Below, piece after piece: positions 37,901 to 46,085 of a stretch of 64,000 nucleotides of DNA. Source of the DNA: a virus; IMG/VR virus record IMGVR_UViG_3300009151_000031. One strand, written 5' to 3'. Positions within the stretch are counted from its first letter, which is position 1, and each line of letters opens with the position of its first letter. The notes under the pieces were generated by a model. It ran no database searches. It was not told the DNA's origin and saw nothing but the letters and a program-made list of their open reading frames with translations. A program made the translations under genes and the position numbers.

Positions 37901-38641
37901 ATGCAAAAATTAAAACAACTTTATCGCAGTTCTTATCCAGGCGAAAATGTTATCACACAATTAACATACGAAAACGGCGAGTGGCACCCAACTACAGAAA
38001 TGGTTCCCAATCAAGTTTTCAATACCTTTACAACCACACAAGCATTGGTAATTGGTAACGGTGAATCGCGTAAAGATTTTGATTTAATGCACATTGATAA
38101 TCACACTGGCGGATTACTTGGATCAAACCGACTACAGTCGTATGGTTGTAATGCATTATACAGAGATTTTACTCCCGACTTCTTAATTGCTGTTGGAAAC
38201 GGCATAGTAAAAGAAATTGCTGAGTCAACGTACACCGCTGAAAATATTGTTTATGCAAATGGTCAGCACGTTATTGACTATCCGGGTAAATTTTATTTGA
38301 TTCCGCAAAACATAGCATTTGACGCCGGCTCATTGGCAGTTTACTTGGCCTGTTTTGATGGGCATAAAAAAATATTCTTAATGGGATTTGACGGGTACGA
38401 TGAAGCTGGAAATGTTAATAACATTTACAAAGATACCAACGGGTACCCAGCATCCACCGAAGATCAAAATGAAACATTTTGGAACATGTCGTTAAGCACA
38501 GTGATGACTACATACCCTAATGTAGAATTTGTAAGTATTATGCCAACAGCACAATGGTATGTACATGCTATGTTTGATAGCAAACCAAACTACCGTCAAA
38601 TCGACTACAGAGACTTTGTACTAGAAGCTGACGTTGGTTAA
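37901..38641 (+). CDS. Putative Rossmann-fold glycosyltransferase (Maf/DUF115/sialyltransferase-like)
   Basis: ALVIGNGESR, YGCNALYRD...PDFLIA, IFLMGFDG. Confidence 0.55.
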   Translation: MQKLKQLYRSSYPGENVITQLTYENGEWHPTTEMVPNQVFNTFTTTQALVIGNGESRKDFDLMHIDNHTGGLLGSNRLQSYGCNALYRDFTPDFLIAVGNGIVKEIAESTYTAENIVYANGQHVIDYPGKFYLIPQNIAFDAGSLAVYLACFDGHKKIFLMGFDGYDEAGNVNNIYKDTNGYPASTEDQNETFWNMSLSTVMTTYPNVEFVSIMPTAQWYVHAMFDSKPNYRQIDYRDFVLEADVG

Positions 38642-39069
38642 TTTAATATAGACTCTAGAGTCTTTATCTTTTTACGAACAATATCAAAATTAAAACTACG
38701 CCAAAGACCTGGATGCAACGGTCTTGGGTAGTCGTCTAAGTTTACCCAACAATATCCGCGGTGCTCGCTATTTAATTTAGGAACAAATTCTTCTTCTACA
38801 CTTACCAAAAATGTGTAGTAAGCAAATTTACGATTGTCTGCTGTAAATGTTTCTAGAGGAATAAACTTTTTCTTAGAAAAATCACTACCAATTTCTTCAC
38901 GTATCTCTCGCACAAGTCCTTGTGTAACAGTTTCTCCTGCCTCAATCTTTCCGCCTACAATTCCCCAGCTACCTGAGTGTTTGGATTTATCTCGTAGTAA
39001 AAAAAGATATCGATTAGTCGACTTGGCGTACACTAATGCGCCACATCCTTCTGTATGATTGTCGGACAT
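38638..39069 (-). CDS. NUDIX hydrolase
   Basis: Complete Nudix box GKIEAGETVTQGLVREIREEIG (Gx5Ex7REUxEExG). Confidence 0.92.
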   Translation of the reverse strand: MSDNHTEGCGALVYAKSTNRYLFLLRDKSKHSGSWGIVGGKIEAGETVTQGLVREIREEIGSDFSKKKFIPLETFTADNRKFAYYTFLVSVEEEFVPKLNSEHRGYCWVNLDDYPRPLHPGLWRSFNFDIVRKKIKTLESILN

Positions 39070-40424
39070 TAGAGAACCAAACTCCAGTTGCCTGCAGAGT
39101 ATTCACCTTCGTAGCTCTTTACCCAAGCATCACCGGCCCAACGATATTGGACATGAGTTTTAGTATTAGTAACATACTGCACAACTGGATTATTGTTACT
39201 TTCAAACGATACATGCCAGTATGATCCATTCCATTCAATGATATCATTGGCATTGGCAATTAAATTAGTACCAGCCGCACCTGCCCATGCAATAGAACTA
39301 TCACTGTTGGCATCACCGATTGGATTTAAAATCAAATATCGAGCTCCATTGGTAGGAGTTAGTATGCTACTATCTATGGTAACATTCATAGGATCAATGA
39401 TAGCGTCAACCGCTCTTAGTGTATTTGCCGGCAATGTTTCGGGAAAAGCTGTAAACAATAGCTGGGTGTCATCGGTTGGGTTATAAGCAACAGTACCTGC
39501 AATTTCATGTGTGCCATCTGGGTATTCAAATGACAAGCGCATCTGACTAATACCATTTGTTAATGTTCCAAATAACGCAACTACCTGTGTCCATGCAGTT
39601 GGCACTCCGTATTGTGCGGCATTCTTGTACAAGGTCAATGTATTGCCAACCCAGACTAGACCATAATTCATTGGTGTAAATCTTTGTTGACTACTTGGTT
39701 GGCTGTAGATAATCTCTGGATTCAAGTCGCCATCGACGTTGTGCATGTTGGCAATAATTTGTGCAACTACGCCCATCTTTTTAACCTTAGCTGGCAATGT
39801 AATCCAAATTGGCAACTCAAAAGTCATTGTAGCTATGTCAATACTTTCTTCGCCACCTTGCGGAACAGCACGACTACTATAGGTTACATCAGTTAACAAT
39901 ACAGCACTTAAACTGGTCCAATCAATGTAGTTATCGTTGCTTTGAATTTCCATGCTTGGATTAAACAACGGAGTCAGCTGTTCTAATATTTGATGCTTTT
40001 GGTCTGTGTTACTTGTCCATATATCTAGTTTGATTGTTACCTTATACGGAGCAGGCATTAATCTTTCTACAGTATAAATTCCATCCTGTTGTCCAGTATA
40101 AGCGTGTGCATCTTTATCGTATATTTGTTCACGGAAACGTAATGTACTTTCGTGATACGGGTTTTGTAGTCGATCTCGATCGTATTGGAATCCAGATATA
40201 TATGCGGCCATGGCTGGAACAGCACTCAACGTGTTTTCGCTATTTTGTTTTAAAATTACACTAGCTTGGCGGCTCGGATCGCCGTAATACACTGGTACAG
40301 TTTGTAGTGTGCGATCGCCGTTACTATCTTTTCCAAACTGTACTTGGAAGTTGGAAACCATACGTATAAATTGAATTATAAATTTACGTATTTGACCATC
40401 GTAATTGTATTGAACTACTGACAT
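39069..40424 (-). CDS. gp15: Tail sheath stabiliser/terminator (extended)
   Basis: YDGQIRKFIIQFIRMVSNFQVQ...VPVYYGD...PAPY...LDIWT...QILEQLTPLFNP. Follows the gp14-like gene. Confidence 0.78.
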   Translation of the reverse strand: MSVVQYNYDGQIRKFIIQFIRMVSNFQVQFGKDSNGDRTLQTVPVYYGDPSRQASVILKQNSENTLSAVPAMAAYISGFQYDRDRLQNPYHESTLRFREQIYDKDAHAYTGQQDGIYTVERLMPAPYKVTIKLDIWTSNTDQKHQILEQLTPLFNPSMEIQSNDNYIDWTSLSAVLLTDVTYSSRAVPQGGEESIDIATMTFELPIWITLPAKVKKMGVVAQIIANMHNVDGDLNPEIIYSQPSSQQRFTPMNYGLVWVGNTLTLYKNAAQYGVPTAWTQVVALFGTLTNGISQMRLSFEYPDGTHEIAGTVAYNPTDDTQLLFTAFPETLPANTLRAVDAIIDPMNVTIDSSILTPTNGARYLILNPIGDANSDSSIAWAGAAGTNLIANANDIIEWNGSYWHVSFESNNNPVVQYVTNTKTHVQYRWAGDAWVKSYEGEYSAGNWSLVL

Positions 40425-41593
40425 TAATTATCTGCCTTAGGTGTGAGTACTTTGCTTAAACTTTGACGTTCGGTGTGTGTATTGCCCGCGGCATCTTTGT
40501 AAGTATTAGTGTTATTTACGAAGCCCGACTTCTGTGTTTTATTATCTGCTCCAGGTGTTAGGTTAGTACGTACAGCATCTTCAATCTTGGACCAATTGTA
40601 GCCACTGAAACGGAATAAACGATTTGGTAAGTAATCTAAACGCAAGAAATAATCTCCTTGACTTGGCGTTTCTGGGAAAGCAACGCCAGCGCCAGTTACA
40701 ACACTATTTGGTGCTGTGCCATCTCCAGTTAAGTATCCGTGGACTTTGCTCTTTGGACTTGCAACACCTGCATCTGCGGTAGTGTTATTGTTGTCGGCTG
40801 TTAGAAAGGTGTTGTCTGCTCGTATTGGAGTAGCAACTTGATCACCGGCTTCGTTGGTTGGTAAAGTAAACAAGGACGAGGTGTCAAACCCAGACTTAGG
40901 AACATTAATTTCGGCTTGAGCAACAATGGCCTTATTAATATCCATGTATGTGTTATACGTACTTAAAATTTCTCCCACCGGGGTAGTAGTATCTGTTCCA
41001 GCTTTTAGTTTATCTAAAATATCTTTGTACTCTTGACTGTCTACTAGCGGGTTAAGTTTAACACGCCATAAGTGTGGCCACCAAGTTGGGCTAAATCCTT
41101 CACTTGCAAAACTTGCATCGCTTACACTATAGAAACGTTTTAGTGCGGCGGGTACATCTTCATTTAATCCATCAAAATCTTTAAGGTGTTGCAATTCAAT
41201 TACGTCGCCGGCAATTAGTTTACGGCCAATTTGATCAACCATGTCACGTAAGTGGAATACCATAAAGATAGTTCCAGTTTGTAAGAACAAGCCAAATTGG
41301 CTCAGGTCAAAGTCTTGATCGGCACGTTGATAGATACCACGCATTTTATATACTTCAGTATCGTACTTGCGATCGCGGTTTTCTAACCATAGCAAGTCTT
41401 GAATATTCTTTTCGCTTTGATTTAAATAATCTGGTATAGTAGCATCTGTACTGCCAGTTTGTTTAGTAGGACCTAAATATTTGTTTAATAGTACGCCCGT
41501 ACCGCCAATGGTAAACATTTCACTGATCCTGCGATCAAAAAACTTGTAATCATTTGAGTGTTTGCCGTCTTTCCATAGACTTAAACGTGCCAT
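40424..41593 (-). CDS. gp14: Neck protein
   Basis: LENRDRKY, FDLSQFGL...IFMVFH, GDVIEL. Upstream of gp15. TAAATA box and SD AGGA upstream on the minus strand. Confidence 0.72.
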   Translation of the reverse strand: MARLSLWKDGKHSNDYKFFDRRISEMFTIGGTGVLLNKYLGPTKQTGSTDATIPDYLNQSEKNIQDLLWLENRDRKYDTEVYKMRGIYQRADQDFDLSQFGLFLQTGTIFMVFHLRDMVDQIGRKLIAGDVIELQHLKDFDGLNEDVPAALKRFYSVSDASFASEGFSPTWWPHLWRVKLNPLVDSQEYKDILDKLKAGTDTTTPVGEILSTYNTYMDINKAIVAQAEINVPKSGFDTSSLFTLPTNEAGDQVATPIRADNTFLTADNNNTTADAGVASPKSKVHGYLTGDGTAPNSVVTGAGVAFPETPSQGDYFLRLDYLPNRLFRFSGYNWSKIEDAVRTNLTPGADNKTQKSGFVNNTNTYKDAAGNTHTERQSLSKVLTPKADN

Positions 41594-41628
41594 AAGTGAA
41601 TCCTGTTAGTTGTAGTATTTATCGCGGG

Positions 41629-41657
41629 TTGACCCAGAAATCGTTTTAATATATAAT
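41629..41657 (+). promoter_or_regulatory. Sigma70-type early promoter
   Basis: TTGACC-N17-TATAAT. Confidence 0.85.
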
Positions 41658-41662
41658 ACAAT

Positions 41663-41905
41663 ATGGATCAATTTATAACTGAGCTATATTTCAAAATTAT
41701 CGCTTGTAAACAAGAGCATCAACGTGATTTAAAACGAATGTATACAAATTGCAGACGCATACAAAACGAAATAAGCAAAGAAGATGTTACTTGCCGCAGA
41801 TTTGGCAAAAATACAGTTAAAAAACAAGAGCTTACACAAGAACTTCAAGAAGCAGTAAATACCTTAGAGCAATATCTAGTATTTGCTACACTCCTAAACG
41901 GTTGA
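41663..41905 (+). CDS. Hypothetical early protein
   Basis: ATG 5 nt after the -10 box, with no SD. Confidence 0.7.
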   Translation: MDQFITELYFKIIACKQEHQRDLKRMYTNCRRIQNEISKEDVTCRRFGKNTVKKQELTQELQEAVNTLEQYLVFATLLNG

Positions 41906-41930
41906 CAAATAAATACCAAAATGCTATACT
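41902..41930 (+). promoter_or_regulatory. Sigma70-type early promoter
   Basis: TTGACA-N17-TATACT with an extended -10 TG. Confidence 0.87.
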
Positions 41931-41935
41931 AGCTT

Positions 41936-42445
41936 ATGTTGATATTTTTGGATACGGAATTCACAGATTTTCCCGAGTCGGAATGTGACTTAATCTCCAT
42001 TGGATTAGTTGACGAAAATGATCGAGAATTTTATGCAGAGCTAACAGACTATAGGCAAGAAGCCTGTAGTGGCTTTGTTCGAGAAGTAGTACTTCCGTTA
42101 TTGGGTCAGCATAAAAACAGAATAACAGGCCCTCGCTACATGATAGCCAAAGAGCTTGCAGAATGGTTAGAGCTGTATCGTGAAACGGAATGTACCATTT
42201 GTTTTGATTACAATACAGATTGGCAGTTGATGCGTAACATGATAATGTTACTGCCCGACGACATGTTGCCCGATTTTTTAACAACAAAAAATATTTGGGG
42301 CGATATAGATCAACAAGCATTAGATTGGTTTTGGTTGGAAAGAGACACAATAGGATGGAAACCGCACATGGCATTGTATGATGCCCATGCAAATAAATTC
42401 GCATATAAACCCTTAGTAAAGGCAAGACATGAAACTCAACGGTAA
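41936..42445 (+). CDS. DEDDh 3'-5' exo(ribo)nuclease
   Basis: IFLDTEFT...LISIGLV...FYAEL...PHMALYDA. Confidence 0.82.
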   Translation: MLIFLDTEFTDFPESECDLISIGLVDENDREFYAELTDYRQEACSGFVREVVLPLLGQHKNRITGPRYMIAKELAEWLELYRETECTICFDYNTDWQLMRNMIMLLPDDMLPDFLTTKNIWGDIDQQALDWFWLERDTIGWKPHMALYDAHANKFAYKPLVKARHETQR

Positions 42446-43598
42446 AACAGTACGGTCAAAAGTAAAAGTACAACGCAACCCATTGATGGTTGATGAAAAG
42501 TACACAGGCGGTGAGCCAGTGTGGGATACTGAACGTGCCACAGCATTTGACGATGCTACATTTGATCATTTTATGCGTCAAAGTTTTTACTACTACAATT
42601 ACTATTACAGCCAAAAAGATTGTAAAAAGTATGTGATAGAGTGGATGAAAACTCCTGAGCTTAAATTCACTGCCGCCGACATCAAAACATTCCAACGTAG
42701 TCCTGACAAGGCAATTGAAATGACAGCGTGTAGTCTTATTATGGCCAATCGCGCTGGCATGCCATTCCGTGGGCGCCATGTTGAGTATATTAAAGGTTGT
42801 ATTGCTCGAGCAATTACTAGCACAGCCGATGAAGTTGAAGAAGCAGTGGCAGACAAGCCTAAAGCATACGTTCCTACTATTCAAGACAGGATGAACGAAA
42901 AGACAGCAGATACCATTGGTGAGCTTGAAGGACATTATGATGAGTTCATGATGAATTCCGAGTATCAGTTTAAGTGTTATGATTTCTTGGTTGCTAACAA
43001 CGTACCGCAAAGTCAATTAAGCAAGTATGAAGAAGTGTACCAGGGCAGATTTAACGAGCTCAAAGCCGCATACGAAAAACAAGATGAACAATTGGTTGAA
43101 GGTTACAGCCATTTAAGAGCCGCAGACTTTAAACGGTTCTTTACCTTCCTTGATCAAATTTTAAACGACATACAACAGTATCGCGGTGTTAAAAAAGCTA
43201 CCAAAAAAGTACGTGCTCCAAAGAGTGTAAGTAAAGAAAAAGTAGTCAGCAAGCTCAAGTATTCCAAAGAAGATAAAGTACTTCGATTGATTAGTATTAA
43301 CCCTGCAGATATCATTGGCTCACAGGAACTATGGGTGTATAATAGTAAAACACGCAAGTTAGGCAAGTATGTAGCCGACAGCATCATCGGTCCCTTGAAC
43401 GTCAAAGGAACCACGATTATTGGCTACGATGAGTTCAAAAGCATAACAAAAACACTTCGTAAACCGGAGGAAAAGCTCAAGGAGTTTGCCAAGGCTAGTA
43501 AGGTACAGTTACGTAAGTTTATTGAAGATATTAAAGCTACTGAAACTAAACTAAATGGTCGAATAAGTGCCGACGTAGTGCTATTACGCACAGCCTAA
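42429..43598 (+). CDS. Hypothetical protein (389 aa) with a basic C-terminal domain
   Basis: Long open frame coupled to the upstream gene. Function not recognised. Confidence 0.7.
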   Translation: MKLNGKTVRSKVKVQRNPLMVDEKYTGGEPVWDTERATAFDDATFDHFMRQSFYYYNYYYSQKDCKKYVIEWMKTPELKFTAADIKTFQRSPDKAIEMTACSLIMANRAGMPFRGRHVEYIKGCIARAITSTADEVEEAVADKPKAYVPTIQDRMNEKTADTIGELEGHYDEFMMNSEYQFKCYDFLVANNVPQSQLSKYEEVYQGRFNELKAAYEKQDEQLVEGYSHLRAADFKRFFTFLDQILNDIQQYRGVKKATKKVRAPKSVSKEKVVSKLKYSKEDKVLRLISINPADIIGSQELWVYNSKTRKLGKYVADSIIGPLNVKGTTIIGYDEFKSITKTLRKPEEKLKEFAKASKVQLRKFIEDIKATETKLNGRISADVVLLRTA

Positions 43599-43607
43599 TT
43601 AGAGCTG

Positions 43608-43645
43608 TACTCCGTTGTATGGAATAAATACTGTATAACGGAGTA
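43608..43645 (+). promoter_or_regulatory. SD-sequestering hairpin with a late promoter in its loop (gp13)
   Basis: TACTCCGTTGTAT pairs with GTATAACGGAGTA (13 bp, 2 G-U). The loop contains TAAATA at 43625-43630. The right arm contains GGAG at 43640-43643. Confidence 0.8.
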
Positions 43646-43649
43646 ATCA

Positions 43650-44606
43650 ATGGCTACACCATTCACTAATGCAGTTACAGTTGAACCAGGGTTCGACAGT
43701 CAAAACAACATAACAGCCAAGAGCCTGTTTAATGCAAATACAGGTGCTCAGTCGGGCGCCCATATTGCATTCGATGGAAATCCTACAGTTACAAATCCTG
43801 GTGTTACTGATCCTAACTGGACGTATGGCAATACTACAGACAGTATGCGAGGCAGTATTGTTGACTATATTCGTATGCGATTAGGTGACGGCATTGTAGA
43901 CGTAGAGCTTGAAAAAGAACACTACGAAATGGGTATTAATCAAGCCCTGATCAAGTATCGTCAAAAAGCACAAAACTCCACAGAAGAATCTTATGCGTTC
44001 TTGAAGCTAGAACCCGAGACACAAGAGTACATTCTGCCTAAAGAAATTCAGACTGTTAAAGCTATACACCGTCGTGGTATTGGTAGCGTAACAGGTACAA
44101 CAGCTAGCCAATTTGAACCATTTGCAAGTGGCTACCTGAACACTTATATGCTAACCGCAGGTCGCGTTGGCGGTCTAACAAACTATGAATTGTTTGTTGA
44201 CTATCAAAAATTAGCCATGCGTATGTTTGGTGGTTATATGAACTTTACATTTAATCCTGTAACCAAGAAACTTACACTAGTACGTAAGATGCCTTTCCAA
44301 GGTGCTAACCCTGATCAAGCACAACAGGAAAGTGTGTTATTACATATTTTTAATACCAAGCCTGATCAAATGATCTTTAACGACACTTATGCTTTTCCTT
44401 GGATTCAAGAATATGCGTACAGTTTCTGCAAACGCATCCTTGGTGAAGCACGTAGTAAGTTTAATCAAATTGCTGGCCCACAAGGTGGTACTTCATTAAA
44501 CGGTGATGCTTTGAAAAATGAAGCACAAGCCGAAATGGAAAAATTAGAAGAAGATCTTAAAACTTATGTTGATGGCAGTCAGCCACTAACCTGGGTAACT
44601 GGATAA
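43650..44606 (+). CDS. gp13: Neck protein
   Basis: DYIRMRLG...VDVELE, YILPKEI..VK, WIQEYA...KRILGEARSKF...PQGGTSLNG. Confidence 0.85.
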   Translation: MATPFTNAVTVEPGFDSQNNITAKSLFNANTGAQSGAHIAFDGNPTVTNPGVTDPNWTYGNTTDSMRGSIVDYIRMRLGDGIVDVELEKEHYEMGINQALIKYRQKAQNSTEESYAFLKLEPETQEYILPKEIQTVKAIHRRGIGSVTGTTASQFEPFASGYLNTYMLTAGRVGGLTNYELFVDYQKLAMRMFGGYMNFTFNPVTKKLTLVRKMPFQGANPDQAQQESVLLHIFNTKPDQMIFNDTYAFPWIQEYAYSFCKRILGEARSKFNQIAGPQGGTSLNGDALKNEAQAEMEKLEEDLKTYVDGSQPLTWVTG

Positions 44607-44613
44607 GTATAGT

Positions 44614-44982
44614 ATGAAGATCACAGAAATTATCATTGAATCCCAATTACCAGCAGATCAGGTATCTGCTACGCCTGGGATGAAAATACATAAAGAATTA
44701 CAAAGCTCAGATCCATATGATGCTTATAAATTTGGTGTTAACATGGGCGGTGCCCCGGATTTTCATCATCCGCCCGACCTCGAAGGCCCAGCAGGTCAAT
44801 CATTGATAACTGTGGCATATACCGATGCGTGTGAAGCCATTATTGATGCTACAGAAAAAGCACATGGCGTAAAAAGCAAACGTATTAGCCCACGTGGTAG
44901 CCAAGAAGCTGACTTTATCCAAAAAGTTAGCCCACATCGAAATCCAGGGCCAATTACACTTAACCGTAAACCTAAAAAATAA
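44614..44982 (+). CDS. Hypothetical protein, possible internal head protein
   Basis: TAAGTA box 4 nt before the ATG. N-terminus MKITEIIIE. Confidence 0.7.
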   Translation: MKITEIIIESQLPADQVSATPGMKIHKELQSSDPYDAYKFGVNMGGAPDFHHPPDLEGPAGQSLITVAYTDACEAIIDATEKAHGVKSKRISPRGSQEADFIQKVSPHRNPGPITLNRKPKK

Positions 44983-45038
44983 CTTGACTTTATATTAAAA
45001 ATATGTAAAAATAGCTCTTATACACTAGGAGCTTTTTT

Positions 45039-45719
45039 ATGATCATTGGCATCTGCGGATTTATTGGTAGCGGTAAAGACACTATTGCTGACTACTTGGT
45101 TAACTTCCACGAATTTAGGCGTGACAGCTATGCTGGTACTCTTAAAGATGCTGTGGCCGCTGTGTTTAACTGGGATCGTGAGTTACTAGAAGGACGCACC
45201 AAACAAGCTCGTGAGTGGCGCGAACAAGTAGATCCATGGTGGGCTGAACGCTTGAACATGCCTGCCTTAACTCCTAGACTGGTACTACAGCTATGGGGAA
45301 CGGAAGTGTGCCGCAAAGGCTTTCACGACGATATTTGGATTGCCAGCGTGGAAAACAAACTGCGGTCAAGCAGAGATAACATTGTTATCAGCGATTGCCG
45401 TTTCCCTAACGAAATTAAAAGTATTAAACAAGCCGGTGGCAGAGTTGTTTGGGTCAAGCGTGGCGAACTACCCAATTGGTGTCAAACAGCAGTTTTAGCC
45501 AATGGCGGCAATGTTGAAAAACAAACAGAATTAAAACAGCTAGGTGTTCACGTTAGCGAAACTGCTTGGGTTGGTACTAAGTTTGATGTTTTAATTGATA
45601 ATAACGGAAGCATTGAAGACCTATACAGTCAAGTTAAAAGTCTGGTGTTAGTGGAGCCGCCTTCCAGGCCAAGCGGGACCTATAAACCTCTGACTGACAG
45701 TTTAAGCATACTGTCTTAA
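45039..45719 (+). CDS. gp1: Deoxynucleoside monophosphate kinase
   Basis: IIGICGFIGSGKDT P-loop, RLVLQLWGTEVCR, VISDCRFPNE. Confidence 0.9.
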   Translation: MIIGICGFIGSGKDTIADYLVNFHEFRRDSYAGTLKDAVAAVFNWDRELLEGRTKQAREWREQVDPWWAERLNMPALTPRLVLQLWGTEVCRKGFHDDIWIASVENKLRSSRDNIVISDCRFPNEIKSIKQAGGRVVWVKRGELPNWCQTAVLANGGNVEKQTELKQLGVHVSETAWVGTKFDVLIDNNGSIEDLYSQVKSLVLVEPPSRPSGTYKPLTDSLSILS

Positions 45720-45984
45720 GATTAAAGTGATTGTTATTCTTTAAGTTGCCGTCAACGTAAAACACATTTAGTTGTTCCGGTAATTTAGCCTTAAAATTGC
45801 ATTTCTCACATACAGGCTTTTTCTTATAGCCGGCCTTCTGCCATGCAGTTGGTTCTTTCTTTAAAGTTTTGCCTTTCCTGCTACAACTAGAACAAATATT
45901 ACGGTAATGGTGTATACCATCCTTGATATAGTTCACTGCTACAGCATTGACGTGGCATACTGGGCACAAATTGCGATTTAACAT
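45634..45984 (-). CDS. Zn-finger / degenerate HNH-like protein
   Basis: Four CxxC pairs. VFYVDGNLKNN...NL..VCLNC sits where active HNH proteins have HHxDG. Start reassigned to the ATG at 45984, 5 nt after a TAAATA box. Confidence 0.7.
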   Translation of the reverse strand: MLNRNLCPVCHVNAVAVNYIKDGIHHYRNICSSCSRKGKTLKKEPTAWQKAGYKKKPVCEKCNFKAKLPEQLNVFYVDGNLKNNNHFNLKTVCLNCQSEVYRSRLAWKAAPLTPDF

Positions 45985-46046
45985 ACAGTTATTTACCCCA
46001 AACCTTTGCAAAGGCACCTGCAACTGCCATCATTTTGTGCCTTTAT

Positions 46047-46054
46047 TATAAATA
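46047..46054 (+). promoter_or_regulatory. Late promoter TATAAATA (sheath operon)
   Basis: Exact consensus upstream of SD AAGGA. Confidence 0.8.
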
Positions 46055-46085
46055 ACTGTAACATGTAATTTAAAGGAAGATCACC

